A DNA stretch of 64,000 bases. Origin: Isurus oxyrinchus (Eukaryota). Below, in pieces: positions 12,100 to 25,555 of this stretch (position 1 is the stretch's first letter; every line of letters starts with the position of its first letter). The translations under genes were made by a program, and so were the position numbers. The DNA lies in the NCBI GenBank assembly GCA_026770705.1, contig JANJGN010000076.1, positions 2,170,001 through 2,234,000 of the forward strand. Reading direction: 5' to 3'. The notes under the pieces are model-generated. The model was given only the letters and a program-made list of their open reading frames with translations, was not told where the DNA came from and did not search any database.

Positions 12100-13600
12100 G
12101 AAACACCAATGCTATCGGTATTGGCTTGTGTCCTATTTCTGTTTGGCTTTCAGATGGATTTGTAGCAGAATTATTGATCCAGTCCCACTCAGGCACCTCC
12201 ATCACACTTTTGCCGGGTATATTCATGACCAGATCAGTATTGATCTCGTTCAACCGCTGAACTGGAAAATGAGGTTACGTTTGCGTTGGAATGTAACCCT
12301 CCCCATGCCCTTACTTGCTCCATGTTTGAAATTTATATTTTCTTCTGCCACTTTGATGTGGACACATTGGGGAATTGGCTATGGCCCAATATTCAACAGA
12401 AGCTCACCAACAACCAGCTGTCTTGAATACACATCCATGCACATCTTTTACTGGAAAGGAACTTTTCCGTTCTCTCAGAATCTCAGTTTCTGCTGAATAT
12501 GTTCGATTATCCCTTCTAGCTTTCTCCAACAGAGCTTCCAATTATTTCAGCCGAGTATTTCCAGCGCACCGTGGTTGACAGAACCCAGCGTCATGCATGT
12601 AACATGTCTCACACTTCTGCTTTCACACCTTCTCCCCCTCCAGGATCCACAATAGGCTTCTCCTTGCCCTTGCATACCATTCCACACATCTCTTGTATCA
12701 TTTGGTCCACCTCTGCATTTTCAAACTCATCCGGCATGTTGTCACTGCCCAATATGCCCAACTCACTTCTACTCTTTAACATTGAGAATGGGTCTTTGCT
12801 CCACTCCGCACTTGTCTTCTCCAAAATCAATCCAACTCTTCCTTTTCCGAAGAACCTTCCCATGCACGCAATGAACATGCAACGCCAGCCCCTGTCTCCA
12901 TGCCCTTCTCTCTGTCCTACGGCCCAAACAATGCTTCTAAATGGAAAATCGATTTGTTTGAACTTCTGTCCATTGAGTATACCCTGTTCACTGCTCAATA
13001 TTCCGTCTGCTCTACATTCTGGATGTTAAATGTAGATTGGTGATAATTTCTCAGGTACATCCATTCGGTCCAGAAGTGTTAACGTCTGATCACTTGTCAA
13101 CCTAATTATCTGTTCCGCTCTCACTTTGACATGACTGTGATTGAACCCTCCTACTGCTCCAAGGAAATGGAACCTGTGCTCCAGGAGTAAAATCTCATAT
13201 TTCCTTAAGGCACTTTCTAGGCTTTTGGATTTTCCATAAATTTCAACAATCGTGATCACACCCACTGCATTTTTCTTCCTTCTTTGCTCTTTGTTATTGC
13301 GTTGCGAAGACATTTCTTGATTTTGATTCTGTTATAAACAATTTGCCATCTTTTAGACATTCCTCTTCTGCTTTTCCTTGTTCCACTTTGACTTCCACCA
13401 TCACTGCTTTTGTCATTTGATTTCTCCTGTTTTCCCATTTACCAGAAGCATCTCCTTTTGAACCTTTTCCCCCCAAATCCGTTTTTTGCCTCTACACTTG
13501 CATTAAAACTGTTCCATCTGTAACTTTTGACTGATTTGATGAAAGGTCACATGCTGCCGGATATCCTGAGTATTTCCATTGTTTCCTGTTTAATTCCATT
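12100..13600 (+). mobile_element. Degenerate Penelope-like element (RT C-terminus, GIY-YIG relic, 3' terminal repeat)
   Basis: Relics GYIHD (RYIDD-like), LEYTSMH and IPFSQ.L; LLYIL.VKCRL(G)D.F at ~13000 is GIY-YIG-like. Ends in the ...GATGAAAGGTCA..ATGCTGCC..CTGAGTATTTCCA repeat. Confidence 0.7.
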
Positions 13601-13604
13601 CAGG

Positions 13605-14580
13605 ATGTTTACATTCAGTGTAGAAATGTGCAGCTCGGCATGGTTATATTCACAGTGCGCACGCCTGGTTTGGCACAGTTACTTCCATTGTGGACTAGTT
13701 CAATTCAGTTAGTGTAGCCATGTCAATCCCGGCAATAACGAAAGTGCACAGGTGTGTGAATTTACATTTTGTGTGGCAAGATCCAGTTCAGGACGTGTGT
13801 GCTTCGTGCTTTCAGTCTAAGCTCAGTGCTCTCACATTCAGAGAAGATAACCTCCTGTTGAGCATGATTAAATTAATGATGGAGCGCTCCAAATCAACAT
13901 GGTTATATGCCATGTAGAAATTCCTGTTCAGCTCGTTAGCAATCACTGTTTAGTGGAAAACCAGTTTAGGAGATTATCACGCTGGTGTGACTGTCCAGTT
14001 CAGTAAATTGCATTCACTGCATTCAGGTTAAATTGTGCACAGCTCCACTCAGTACGAACAGGCCAATTTCTATCCTGTTACACTAAATGTACATGGACGA
14101 CTTTTTGCCCGATTATTGTCAACTTTGTCCAGTGGAACACAACTACGTACAATGTGCACAGCCCCGGCTGAGAGCACTTTCTTTCTTGCAGTGGAAAATT
14201 TCACTTCAGCGTGAATACATTCCATATAGAATAATCAATTTCATTACTGCTGTATTCGATGGAGACAGGACTGGCCGAGCATGGTTATGTTTCGTGTAGA
14301 TTTATGAAAGTCTGCTCGGTGTTAATAAATGTGTACATGGACATTTGCATTCAGACTGGACTGGTTTAGTTCTGCATTCTTACTTTTAATTTGACCTTCT
14401 GTGGTTCACTGTGGTGGACAGTCCCAATGGATCACTGTGAACCTTTTAATTTCCCAGCAGCTATGCTTCGTGTGCAGATGTCTTGACCAGTGAGGTTACA
14501 TTCAATTTGCGTAATTGCAGTTCTGTAGCATGATTTTCAGTGCAGACTGATCTCGGCCGGAGAGATTTTATTCATTGTGA
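13605..14580. repeat. Highly degenerate ~35-bp minisatellite upstream of gene A
   Basis: Recurring CCAGTTCAGCATGGTTACATTCAGTG-like unit (anchors at 13611, 13646, 13681). Reverse-complement copies at 22620-22930 and 25590-26080. Confidence 0.6.
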
Positions 14581-14814
14581 TTTTCCACAACAAAATCCAG
14601 GTCTATTGTTAATGATAAAGGAAGGTTCATAGGCAAAGTACCAGGGGATGAGGAGGTTCTGGAGACTTTGGAATTGTCTTCTCCAGAAAACAAAAGACGG
14701 CAGGGGCACTAAATATATTCAAGGCATAGTTAGACAAATTATTGATCGACAAAATTTCCAATGGTTACTCAGTCTGACAGGAAAACGGAGTTAAGGCCAG
14801 GATTACATTAATCA

Positions 14815-15680
14815 TGAACTCCGATGGGTATCACACAGCGTTGACAACAAAATGCATCTTAGGAGAATTGAATGGAGCAGTTAACAGCAGCAACAGAGTT
14901 AAAAGTGCTCTTCATAACAGTTAATCGATTGCAACTATTTGATAAATTTACGAATAAACATGTGGAGGGTAAACAAAAATATGGAAAAATACATACCACT
15001 ATCATTTACAGTTTCACGCCAATTAGAAAATATGCTGATCTGTAATGGTTAAGCTCAAATCGCCACAAAAAACACCCTCCCACAAATTATATTCCTTCTC
15101 CCACAGTTTGCTCTTTCAGTTATCCAACAACAATCCTTCGCAATGTCCTCTTCTTATCTAAAATATTTACTGTATCACATGGCTTATTTTTGGCAGCACT
15201 TTGGATACAAAACTTACTGTTGCTTCATTTTGAACCTTCTAAATGCTGTGAAAAGTTGAGACCCAAATACAAATCTTGCGAATCAGCTGTCACCCCCTGT
15301 CAATTGAACTGTATTCACATTACCGATCAACAAATTAAATGAGCTTTGTACATATCACAGCCATCGCGCGTTAAATTTATGTCGATATCACTTTAAATTA
15401 ACATCTAGGCATGTAAAATAAATGACCTGTTTAACTAAGAAATTCTGGTTTTAATGACATTATTGAAGTAATAATTAAACTACATTGTGCAGCATTTGTA
15501 TCATTTCCAAAACGTCCGTCAACACAAGACACAGAAATCGCGGACATACATAAAACAATCTTGAATGTTTTGCTGTTGGAGGACAGCCAAACATCCGGAG
15601 AAGCTACACAGTAAACATCTGACCCTCAAGGCTTCACAGTTGAACAAAGATTGAAAGGACTTAATTCCGGAAAAAGAAAC
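14815..15680. repeat. Direct segmental duplication, copy 1 (~0.87 kb)
   Basis: Colinear with 16695-17585 along its whole length. Confidence 0.9.
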
Positions 15681-15711
15681 GTAGAATTCAGATTCAGAAT
15701 GTTTCCGTTTC

Positions 15712-15875
15712 GTATTTTGAGTGGCTCAGAAAACTGACTGGAAAATAAACAGCCGTAAACCGGCTTAATATCAGTGTAATGATAATAACATGGAGATCTG
15801 TCACCGCCATGGACTCTGCGTATCTGCAAAGACCACATCTTCCTCGGGAACGGATCACGACAGTCAGCTAGTTAG
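15712..15875 (-). pseudogene. Truncated GPR139-like exon 2 relic (gene D)
   Basis: (CT)n tract + TACAG acceptor, then AN*LTVVIRSRGRCGLCRYAESMAVTDLHVIIITLILSRFTAVYFPVSFLS. It has a stop, a small deletion, and is truncated after TM2. Confidence 0.85.
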
Positions 15876-16694
15876 CTGTAAGGGAGAGAGCGAGAGAGAG
15901 AGAGAGAGAAAGGAGAGAGAAGGGAAAAATTAGTGCTGGAACTCCCAGCTACAACATCCGTTTGGCATGTGGACCATCAATACTTCATTCAACGCTGAAC
16001 TGATTAATTTGCCAATGTATTAATGCTAGTCCATTTTTTATTTATATTGTCCCAAATAAAGTGGAAGTCGGAATATAAAATGACACAAAACACTTACTTT
16101 CCGTTTCATGTAAATTTTATGTAATCTAGAAATAGAGGGATTTGATCTTCACTAACGTATTAAATTGACATAAGGACAACCTGAAAATGGCATTAAAATA
16201 CAGGTCAAAGCTCAATACATTTATTCATTTATAAATACAGTAAATAATAACGTTATGAAACGTTAAACCGCTATAATAATGAAACCAATCGAATGACAGG
16301 AAAGAAGTTATGGGTAATAACGGATTCCTATTAAATATCAGAAGGAACCAAGGTACGATGAAAAAGAAAATTTGAGCGAACACCATTGATTCAATTTGGG
16401 CTTTGCCTTTGTGGAAACTATTCAAAGCGCATCAAAGGCTTTTTTTCAGTTCAGTGACTGCTGTAGTGGCAGATTAGGTCTCGCAGCAGTAGTGAGGATT
16501 TTCAACTGATAAAGCAGAAAGACCTCGGTCTAGAGCCTCGTCAGAAGGACGACAGAGTAGAATTCCTCAGGGGCATGGAGCTGGGCTACAGACACGCAAT
16601 CGGAAGTAGGGGACAAACACAGGGCTTTCCGAACGAACACTGAGATTTCAAAATTTAGCTCAGCTAAGTAATGTGGCTACGAGTATAATGAATT

Positions 16695-17585
16695 CCGGCT
16701 CCGAAGGGTATCACACAGCCTTGAAAACAAAGTGCACTTCTAAGGAGAATTGAATGCGACTGTTAACCGCAGCAACGGAGTTAAAAATAGTGGTCATCAC
16801 GGGTCATCGACTGCAATGATTGCTGTTAAAGTTACGCATTGCAAATCGAACACCAATAAACATGTGGCGGGTAAACAAAAATATGGAAAATACTTACCAC
16901 TATCATTTATAGTTTCACGTTAATTAGAAAATATGGTGACGTGCAATGGTTAAACATAAAGCGCCAGAGAAAAACACCCTTCCACAAATTGTATTCTTTC
17001 TCCCACAGTTCGCTCATTCACTTATCCAACAACAACCCTTCGCAATGTCCTGTCCTTCTGTAAACTATTTACTGTACCACATGGCTTATTTTCGGCAGCA
17101 ATTTGGATTCGAAACTTTCTGTTGCTTCATTTTGATCCTTCTAAATGCGGTGAAACGCTGAGGCCCACATATAAATCCTGCGAATCAGCTGTCACTTCCT
17201 GCCAATTCAACTGTATTTGCATGATCCATCAACAAATTAGATGAGCTTTGTACACACCGCAGCCATCGTGAGTTAAATTTACATCGATATCAATGTAAAT
17301 TAACAACTAAGCATGTAAAATAAATAACCCATTTAATGAAGAAATTGAGGAGTAAATTACAATTTGAATTAACAATTAAACTATATTATGCAACATCTGT
17401 ATCATTGCCAAAAATCCTGTCAACACAAGAAACAGAACGCCTGGGAACTCATAAATCAATCTTAAATGTCTCGCCATTGGAGCGCAGCCAAAAACCCGTA
17501 GAAGCTATATAGTAAACATCTGACCCTCAAGGATTCACAGTTTAGCAAATGTTGATAAGAACTAATTCTGGAGAAAAATATAGAA
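16695..17585. repeat. Direct segmental duplication, copy 2
   Basis: Colinear with 14815-15680. Confidence 0.9.
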
Positions 17586-18049
17586 TACAACGAACAATGC
17601 TAGATAGTACAGTAAGCTACAGAGACAAGACGCATGCCCCTGTGAAAGCCATTACCCAGACACAAAACTACAGAGACATAGCTCAGCCATCTGTAGGATA
17701 AAAAGGGTTGAGTTATGAGAGAATTCCATTTAAAAGTTAAGAAAAATGTACACTATACGGTGAAGAAATTATACTAGATTTTAAGAATAACTTCTTCAAA
17801 TCATTATTTGTTTGAATATCCAGATTGTTCAATAAAGTGGATTTATAATCTTATGCTTTCTTACATAGGATTGCTAGGTTATATCCGGTGGTATAGTATT
17901 GATATACATATGAGTTGTAGCCTCATACTGAATTCCTCACAAACCCACATATAAGTAACAATATCGTAGAAATCTTAAGTTTCCTTTCTAAGTGCGGATA
18001 TTGGTAAACTTTTAAAGAGTGTTTTCTTTCTGTAATATACCTGCAGTAA

Positions 18050-19550
18050 TGTTCTACCCTGGTATAATTTTGTTAGTTCGACAACTCCGAGGAGCTGTCT
18101 GAGTTGTTTTGAATTTGTACAGAGCAGTTGTTGGGGGCGGGGAGCGGCGGTGGGGGAGTAAAGCAGTCGGATCAATGTTACATTTCGAAAAGGCCATAGG
18201 AAGTAATAATTGATTAGGTTCGATACATACCTATAATGAGAGAGCAGGGTCATGGGAATATTTTTGAATGAATACTGTACTGCAATGCGAATGACGGGCA
18301 GTGCCAATTATTTTGGATAGATACTAGCCTATAGTGAGAAGAAAGAAAATTGTGAGTTATTTTGGATTGGTACAGTCTTATTGTGAGAATAAAACACCAG
18401 GGTGAAATATCTCGGATTTCCAGAGGCTTACACTTAGAAAATAGGGCAGAGTGAATTATTCTAGGTTCGTACCACGTTGAAGCGAATTGCTAGGCAATGT
18501 GAAATGTTTTGATCTGAGACAGGCATGTAATGAGAGAGCCGAGCAGTATGAATGCCCCTTGGATTGATACAGGATTGGAGTGAAAAGGCAACAATGTGTG
18601 AATTTCAAGGATTCTTTTACTGTAGGGATATAGACGAAACAATGAATGATTTTCGATGCATTTAGGCCTGTAGTGAGAGTGCAGGGCCGACAAAATTGTT
18701 TAGGGATGATACAGGGCCACGGTGATAGAGTAAGGCACTGTGAACAATTTGGCTTTCTGCATTCATCTATTCACATTGGGAAATCCTCATATCATAATGT
18801 TACCAGGACATTTGGAGACAGAAGGAACTCATTCAGTCCTTCGCAAACATTCAGGATCTCTGAAGCACAGTTTAGTCAGTCTCCTCCTCCCTATTTTATC
18901 TCAGTGGCCCTTCACGTTTATTTCCATTAAGTAGCTATCACATTTCCATTTGAAATCACGAGTCATCTCCGTTTCCACCACAATTGTAGGCAGCACTTTG
19001 AGGTCATGACCACTCGCTGCATAAACATCTTTGTTCATCACGTGCTGCCAGCACATTTCGCACCGTCCTTAAAACGTTGCACCCAAGCAACTTTGCGATC
19101 GGTACATGGGAACATATTTTCTGCTGTCTACCTTACGTCAACCCGTTTAATCTAGGAAGTTTCTACCAAACATCTCATCAATTCCCTTTCCTCCGATGAG
19201 AACAACCCAAGCTCCACTCACCGAATATTGCTGCCAAGACGCCGCATCCTTGTTAACATACTTATGGTCAATTTCTCGATTTATAAACTCGAAAATTCCA
19301 AAGCCTGTTGTAACGATACTTTCAACATGTCATGGCACCTTCGAATATCGATTCAGACGGACCCTCAGGTCCCTCTGTCCTTGTGCACTGTTTAGAACCT
19401 TAACATTGAATGGATATTGTTCCTCAGCGGCCATATTACTAAATCTAGCATTTTTTGGGTTAAGTCCCACATACCACTTTTATTCAGATGCTGTAGACTT
19501 TTGAAATCGGAACTCCTCTTCCTAACTCTTTCCAACATTCTGATATGTCA
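18050..19550. mobile_element. Old degenerate CR1 fragments (plus ~18.05-18.75 kb, minus ~18.8-19.55 kb)
   Basis: Residual similarity to the RT C-terminus and 3' UTR of younger CR1 copies in the window. Confidence 0.45.
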
Positions 19551-19799
19551 GAGTCCTCGTAGTATTGTCTATGAAACAGATTAAACGTTGCGTTTCTAGT
19601 TTGATGTAAAACTAACATTGCCTTCTTCACCTTGTTTCGCGCTTTTATTTCAGTAATTGGACGAGCACAGGCTTAGCCAATTTAGTTTAAATTATTCGCA
19701 ACTACACTAGCTGTGCAACATTACTAGTCGCATCTTTGTTGCTTTGCACAATGGCCCTACTGAAGAAGTGCCTCCAGCTGATTCCCCCCCCCCACCCCA

Positions 19800-21030
19800 C
19801 ATGACCACCCGCTCCCCTTCCCATACTTCCCTGATGAATCTGTACTGCTCCATGTTGAGCGCCACTTGCAAGAAAGACAAAGAGGTGCAAGGTCGCAGAA
19901 TGAACTCAGGGGGCTTCAGTGTCCATCACCAAGTGCGTCTCTGAAGCACCACTAAAAATTGACCTGGTTTCATGCTCAAGGAAACACTGACCAGACTATG
20001 CCTGTAGTAGGTGGTGAGGGAGCCAAAAACAGGGAAGAACACACGTTACTTGATCATACGTAAACTACCTGTAGTAGATGCAGAGGCACCTATCCACCAT
20101 AGTATTGGGAGAAGCCTCCAGTACACATTCTGTGTAAACATGAAAACTGTCACACTGTCGTGTTGTGTGGCGCTCCCATTGTGCTAAATCAAATCAAGAA
20201 AATCAAAGCCGGATTTCCATTAGGTGCAGTGAGCCATCAGCAGCTGTAGCATTGTATCAGATGTTAGTTTGTAAACTCATGGCCCGTTATATCCTTCACT
20301 TTGACATTACCAACAGATGAAGGGATCAATTCTGATAAAGTGAAGGGTGTCGGACAGCATGGCAAGGCCTGCACCCACCGGACCTAAAAAGGAGGTTTCG
20401 ACCTGGTGAAGAAAAAAAAAAACAGAAACCTGTGCAATCCAAGCAGCTTAAAAAGCATGTGTTGACAGCAGTAAGATATCCCACAAAGAATTGGTCAAAC
20501 CAAAGATCTGCAATCCTTCCACATCCAATCATGAACAGCGGTGGACAATAGAAGAATAAAGAGAAAGAGGGTATTCCAAAAATATCCCTAACCCTAAAGA
20601 TGCGGGAGTTCAGCATATCAGTGCAAAAAGAGATGGTTGAAGGATGTTAATCCACATTCAGCCAGAACTCCCGAGTGGAAGATCCATCTCAGACTCCTTC
20701 TGAGGTCTCCATCGTCCCTGGGTTCTGTCCTCACCCTATTCAATTGATTCCATTTAATATTAAAGACGATTGAGTACAAAGGATGCCACAAAGGCAACGG
20801 GCCCGATAAAAGAGCCGGCTGTAGAATTGAAGATTAGTGCTTCAGAACAAGCCGACTCTATTTCCGACTTCTGCCCATCTTAGAAAGCTGGCAATGACTC
20901 AAACAATTGGAAGCTGCCCAAATATGGCCTGTCCAGAAAAGGAAGGAACAATCCAGTCCGGTCAAATATCGCCACATTAGTCTAAATTGCATTACAAGCA
21001 AAGTGATGGAAAGTCTCGCCATTTTTGTTA
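19800..21030 (+). mobile_element. L2/CR1-group LINE (family 2) fragment, APE to RT start
   Basis: Relics DESVLLHVE.HL, GGFSVHHQ, QVVREP and WPVQKRKEQSSPVKYRHISL..ITSKVME. Confidence 0.75.
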
Positions 21031-22099
21031 ATGGTTGGTCGAAATCATTCATGTGAATGGCGCTGTGCTTCAATAAGAGCTTCGTGGTATCTTTGTAATG
21101 TTTCCCTGTCCTTCCCTGGAACGTTGGCCACTTAAGTGATGGAAAATTTAGAGCATGTGGTGTGGGGTCGATTTCCTCGGGGCATGAGCATGAATTTGAA
21201 ATAAATATAGTTCATTGCAGTATTAATGGAGAGCTGTGCTGATTGAAGTTCGGGCAATCGGGTGGCATCTAAAACTTAAGCCATTTTCACGATCCCAGGT
21301 GGATGCAAGAAACATCATGTGGAGAATTTGGCTTGGAGGCGCTTTATATGAATTAAAAATATCCCTATTTTTGCCCGTAGCTTCGGTCACATTGAGCAAA
21401 ACCCTGTTGCTGTGGACTGTGCGTTGACCCAAGTAATTTATTAATACTGAAATATACACAGAAGTATCGGAGTGCATGTGCTTAAAAGTACAAAGATTGG
21501 TCAAAGGGGAATATGATATTCTAACGATAATAGAAACTGCCACAATATGTGGGGTGATTGAAAGTTTCATATTCCTGTTTGCAATGCATTTTTGAATCAT
21601 TCTTTTTAACTTTTTGCAAACTAAAGTTCTCTCACCTTCCCACTGTTCTGCGAGTGATGGAACATCCCAGGTAGTGTGGCAGCTCAAGTGTGATTTATCA
21701 GCTCCCAGCAGTTGGGTTATGTGTTTGATATGAGGAAGACATTCTTACTAGGACTGCAATATTGTCTCCACTCAATACAGATACCACCTTTTCAATTTAT
21801 CACTGCAATATGGCCTTAGGTGGCAAGCTCAATCTTTATTGCGCATTGCTAATTTTCTTTAGAATTTCGTGGTTAGCTGCCTTCTTGAGCCCCTTCAGTC
21901 CATGTGCGCTATCTTCATCCATAATACTGCAAGGCAGGAAGTTTCACAGTTTGACCAAGTGATGAAAAATATTTTCAAGTTTCGAGTGTGAGTGAAATGC
22001 AGCTGCTGGTGTTTCCATGTGCCTGTTACCTTTGTTTTCCAAGACAGTAAAACCCGGACTTTGGAAGGTGCAGTTGCAGAATACTGATAACTTGATTGT

Positions 22100-22420
22100 T
22101 TTGCCCCATGGGATGTGGGCATCGCGTAGAAGGCCATATTTGTTATCAATTTGAGCGCAGTTAAGAGGCAGACATTTTACTGTGGGTCTGCAGCCACATG
22201 TAGGCCAGATCGGGTAAGGACGGCACATTGTCTTCCCTAAAGGACTGTAGTGAAGCAGATGGGTGTTTGTAACAAACGATGACCGTTTTTTGTGGGCACA
22301 GTTACTGAGACGAGCTTGATAATCTAGTCGCATTAAATGAATTAGCTGCCATGTTATGATTTAAAACAAAGTCACAAAGATATGTGCCTCGGCCTCAGGA
22401 TCACCCTATCACTCTGCCCC
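22100..22420 (-). mobile_element. SINE sharing its 3' tail with LINE family 2
   Basis: CATGGGATGTGGGCATCGC tail plus body ...CACATGTAGGCCAGA..GGGTAAGGACGGCA..., shared with the 34000 and 61180 copies. Confidence 0.75.
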
Positions 22421-22989
22421 GAATGTTGACATGGGGGTTCGACTATCGCAATTACATTAAATTCCAAGGGAAAGTTGTTTGAAGTCCTCATCATTGAATT
22501 GGTAACATTCTGCTCTATCCTTCCTGAATACATTCGGCATACCTGGATCTCTTGATACAGATTAGAATCACAAAATACTGTTCATTGTCGTGATAAACAT
22601 ATAATACTGCTGAAAAAGACCAGTCCAGAATAGTAGATATTGCTCACAACTGGACCTGCACACACTGAATGTAACCATGCTGAAGTAGCAATGTGCACAT
22701 TAAACCTAACTACGATGATTTTAAGGAGGTCTCATTGCTTGCAATACTGATGATTTGGGATTTTTAACATTGAATCTAATGAGGTTGAACTGGAGCAGCC
22801 CACGCCAGAAGTAACAGTGTATAACTGAACCAGTCCTCTTTGAACACTGGTGTCAAGAAATGAGATGTGGACGTTGAGAATTACTGTGCAGACCTGAGTC
22901 ATTTCACACTCATTATGGACCAGCAGGCCCCATCTTTGTGGAAAACAATCATACAAAATTGAGCATTTCACACTTGAAGGAAACCATGT

Positions 22990-24607
22990 CGATGAAATCA
23001 GTGCGATAGTGAGAAAGGGATATTTGGCTTAGAAAATCTAGATGTAGATGCAACCTGGGTGGAGCTAAGAAGCAACAATGAGTGGAAAAGATCACTTATC
23101 TGTAGACCTCCAGACAGCAGTGCCGACATAGGGGACGGCATAAAATAGGAACTTGGACTTGCATGTAACAAGGGTGCTCCAGAAATCATGGATGACTTTT
23201 AGCTACATATAGAGTGTGCAAACCAAATTAGCAATTACAATGGCGAATGGATTCCTGTAGTGTGTACGAAATGTTTTTTTTTTCAGACTCGTATGTTGAG
23301 GAACAGACTGGGGATCAGGCTATCCTAGATTTGATATAGTGAAATGAGAAGCACTTAAATCATAATCTTGTTGTGTTGGGTCCTTTGGGGAACAGTGACC
23401 AACATGACAGAATTCTTCATTAGAATGGGAAGTGAAGTAGTCTGGTCTGAAACGAGGGTGCTAAATCTAACAAAGGAATCGACAAAGATAAGAGATTTGA
23501 GTTGGCTAAGATCGATTGGAATACTTTATTAAAAAGAAAGATGGTGCGTAGACAACGTCCAATGATTAACGAAAGTGTGCATACATTTCAAAAGTTATAC
23601 TTTATTTTCTGGCCCAAAAGAACAAGACAGGAAAAACGGCCCCACCATGGGTAACAAAATAAATTAAGGATAGCTTTTGATCCAAAGAGAGTTCATGTGA
23701 AGATGCTAGAAAAATTAACAAGCCTGAGGATTGGGAATAGTTTAGAACTCAGCAAAGGACGACCAAGAGTTCGAATACGGGGGGAAAATATTGGATGAGG
23801 GTAAACTTGCAAGTAACATAAAATTGGTCATTAAAAGCATCTATAAATATTTTTATTAAAAAACCTCACAGTCTGAAACGGGAGAATTTATAATAGAACA
23901 ATTACTTTAGCTCTGTCTTCACTTAGGGAGATATAAATAACTTCACAGAAATACGAAGGAACCTCGGGTCTATTGAGAAGGAAGAATTCAACGAAATTAA
24001 TGTTACAAACACAATTGTGCTGGAGAAAGTAATCGGACTGAAAGCCAATCAATCCCCAAGGCCTGATAATATACATCTTGGGGTACTAAAGGAGGTGGCC
24101 ATGTAAATAGTGAGTGTAGTGGTTGTCAACTTCCAAAATTATGTAGATTCTGCAACAGTGCCGGCAGATTGCAGGGTGTTAACTATAACCCCGCTATTTA
24201 AAAAAATGAGCGAGGGAGAAAACAACGAATTACACACCAGTCAGCTGAACCTCAATAGTAGGGAAAATGCTAGAGTCTATTGTAGAGTATGTGATAACAG
24301 GACACTTTAAAAATATCAATGGGATGAGACAAAGTCAACATGTATCCATCAGGGGAAATCATGTTTAACAAACCTACTGGAGTTTTTAAGGACGTAACCT
24401 GCAAAAAAGATAAGGGAGAACAAGTGGCTGTGATGTATTTGGAATATCAGAAAGTCTTTGACAAAGACCCACATAAAAGGTAAGCGTGTAAAATTAAAGA
24501 CAGTAAAGAGAGCAGGAATAAGCGGGTCTTCTTTGGCGTGGCAGGCGGTGACAAGTAGACTAGCAGGGATCAGTGCTTTGGCCCGAGCTATTTATAATAT
24601 ATATAAA

Positions 24608-24647
<40 letters not shown>

Positions 24648-25555
24648 TATAATATATATCAATGATTTGCATGACGCAACAAAAGGCAATACTTCCAATT
24701 TTTGATGACACGAAACTTGGTGAGGATGTGAGCGATGAGGCGAGTGTTCAGGCGCTTCAAGGCGACTTACGCAGGTTGAGAGATTGGAAAAATAAGTGTG
24801 AACTTATCTACTATGGCAGGAAAAGCAGATTGGCAGAATATTATTTAACTGGTGATTAATTTGGAAATGTTGATGTGCAAAGGGACCGAGATGCCCTTAC
24901 GCAGCAATCACTGAAAGCAAGCATGCTGGTGCAGCAAGCACTTAAGGACGTAAATGGTACGTTGACCTTTATTGCGATAGGATTTGAGAGCAGCAGCAAC
25001 GATGTCTTACTGCAGCTGTGCATGGTCATTGTGAGATCACACCTGGAGTAGAGTGTGCAGTTCTGGTCTCCTTACCTAAGAAAGGATATATTTGCCGTAG
25101 AGGGAGTTCAGCAAATGTCCGCCACGCTGATTTCTGGGCTCGTATTCATTGGATCTCAGAAGAATGAGAGGCGATCGCATTGAAACATATGAAACTCTGA
25201 CAGGGATCTACAGGCTGGTGCAGGGATGATATTTCCTCTGACTCGAGCGTCTAGAACAAGGGGTCACAGACTCAGGATACGGGGTAGACCATCTAGGACT
25301 GAAATGACGAGAAACGTCTTCAATCAGAAGGTGGCGAACCTGTGGAATTCTCTAGCACAGAAAGCTGTGGAGGTCAAGTCACTGGATATATTTAAGAAGT
25401 AAATAAATAGACTTCTAGCCTTCAGATGCATCAAGGGGTATGGGGAGAGTGCAGGACTAAGGTGTTGAGATAGAGGATCAGCCATCATCAAACTGAATGG
25501 CGGAGCAAGCTCGAAGGGCTCGAAGGAGTAATCCTACTCCTATTTTCAATATTTT
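22990..25555 (+). mobile_element. CR1 LINE ORF2 relic (APE, RT, 3' UTR)
   Basis: Relics WVELR...RPP, KSPGPD-like, TPLFKK, FDDTKLG and HLEY.VQFWSPYLRKDI, plus a CR1-type 3' end. Many frameshifts. Confidence 0.9.
24592..24659. repeat. (TA)n microsatellite inside the CR1
   Basis: Directly visible. Confidence 0.95.

Noticed and set aside
12571-13029. 152-aa and 129-aa ORFs
   Set aside because: Off-frame or antisense readings of the Penelope relic.
17590-17700. Minus-strand VWVMAFT resembling GPCR TM3
   Set aside because: The match is about 20 nt and the flanks do not continue the alignment.
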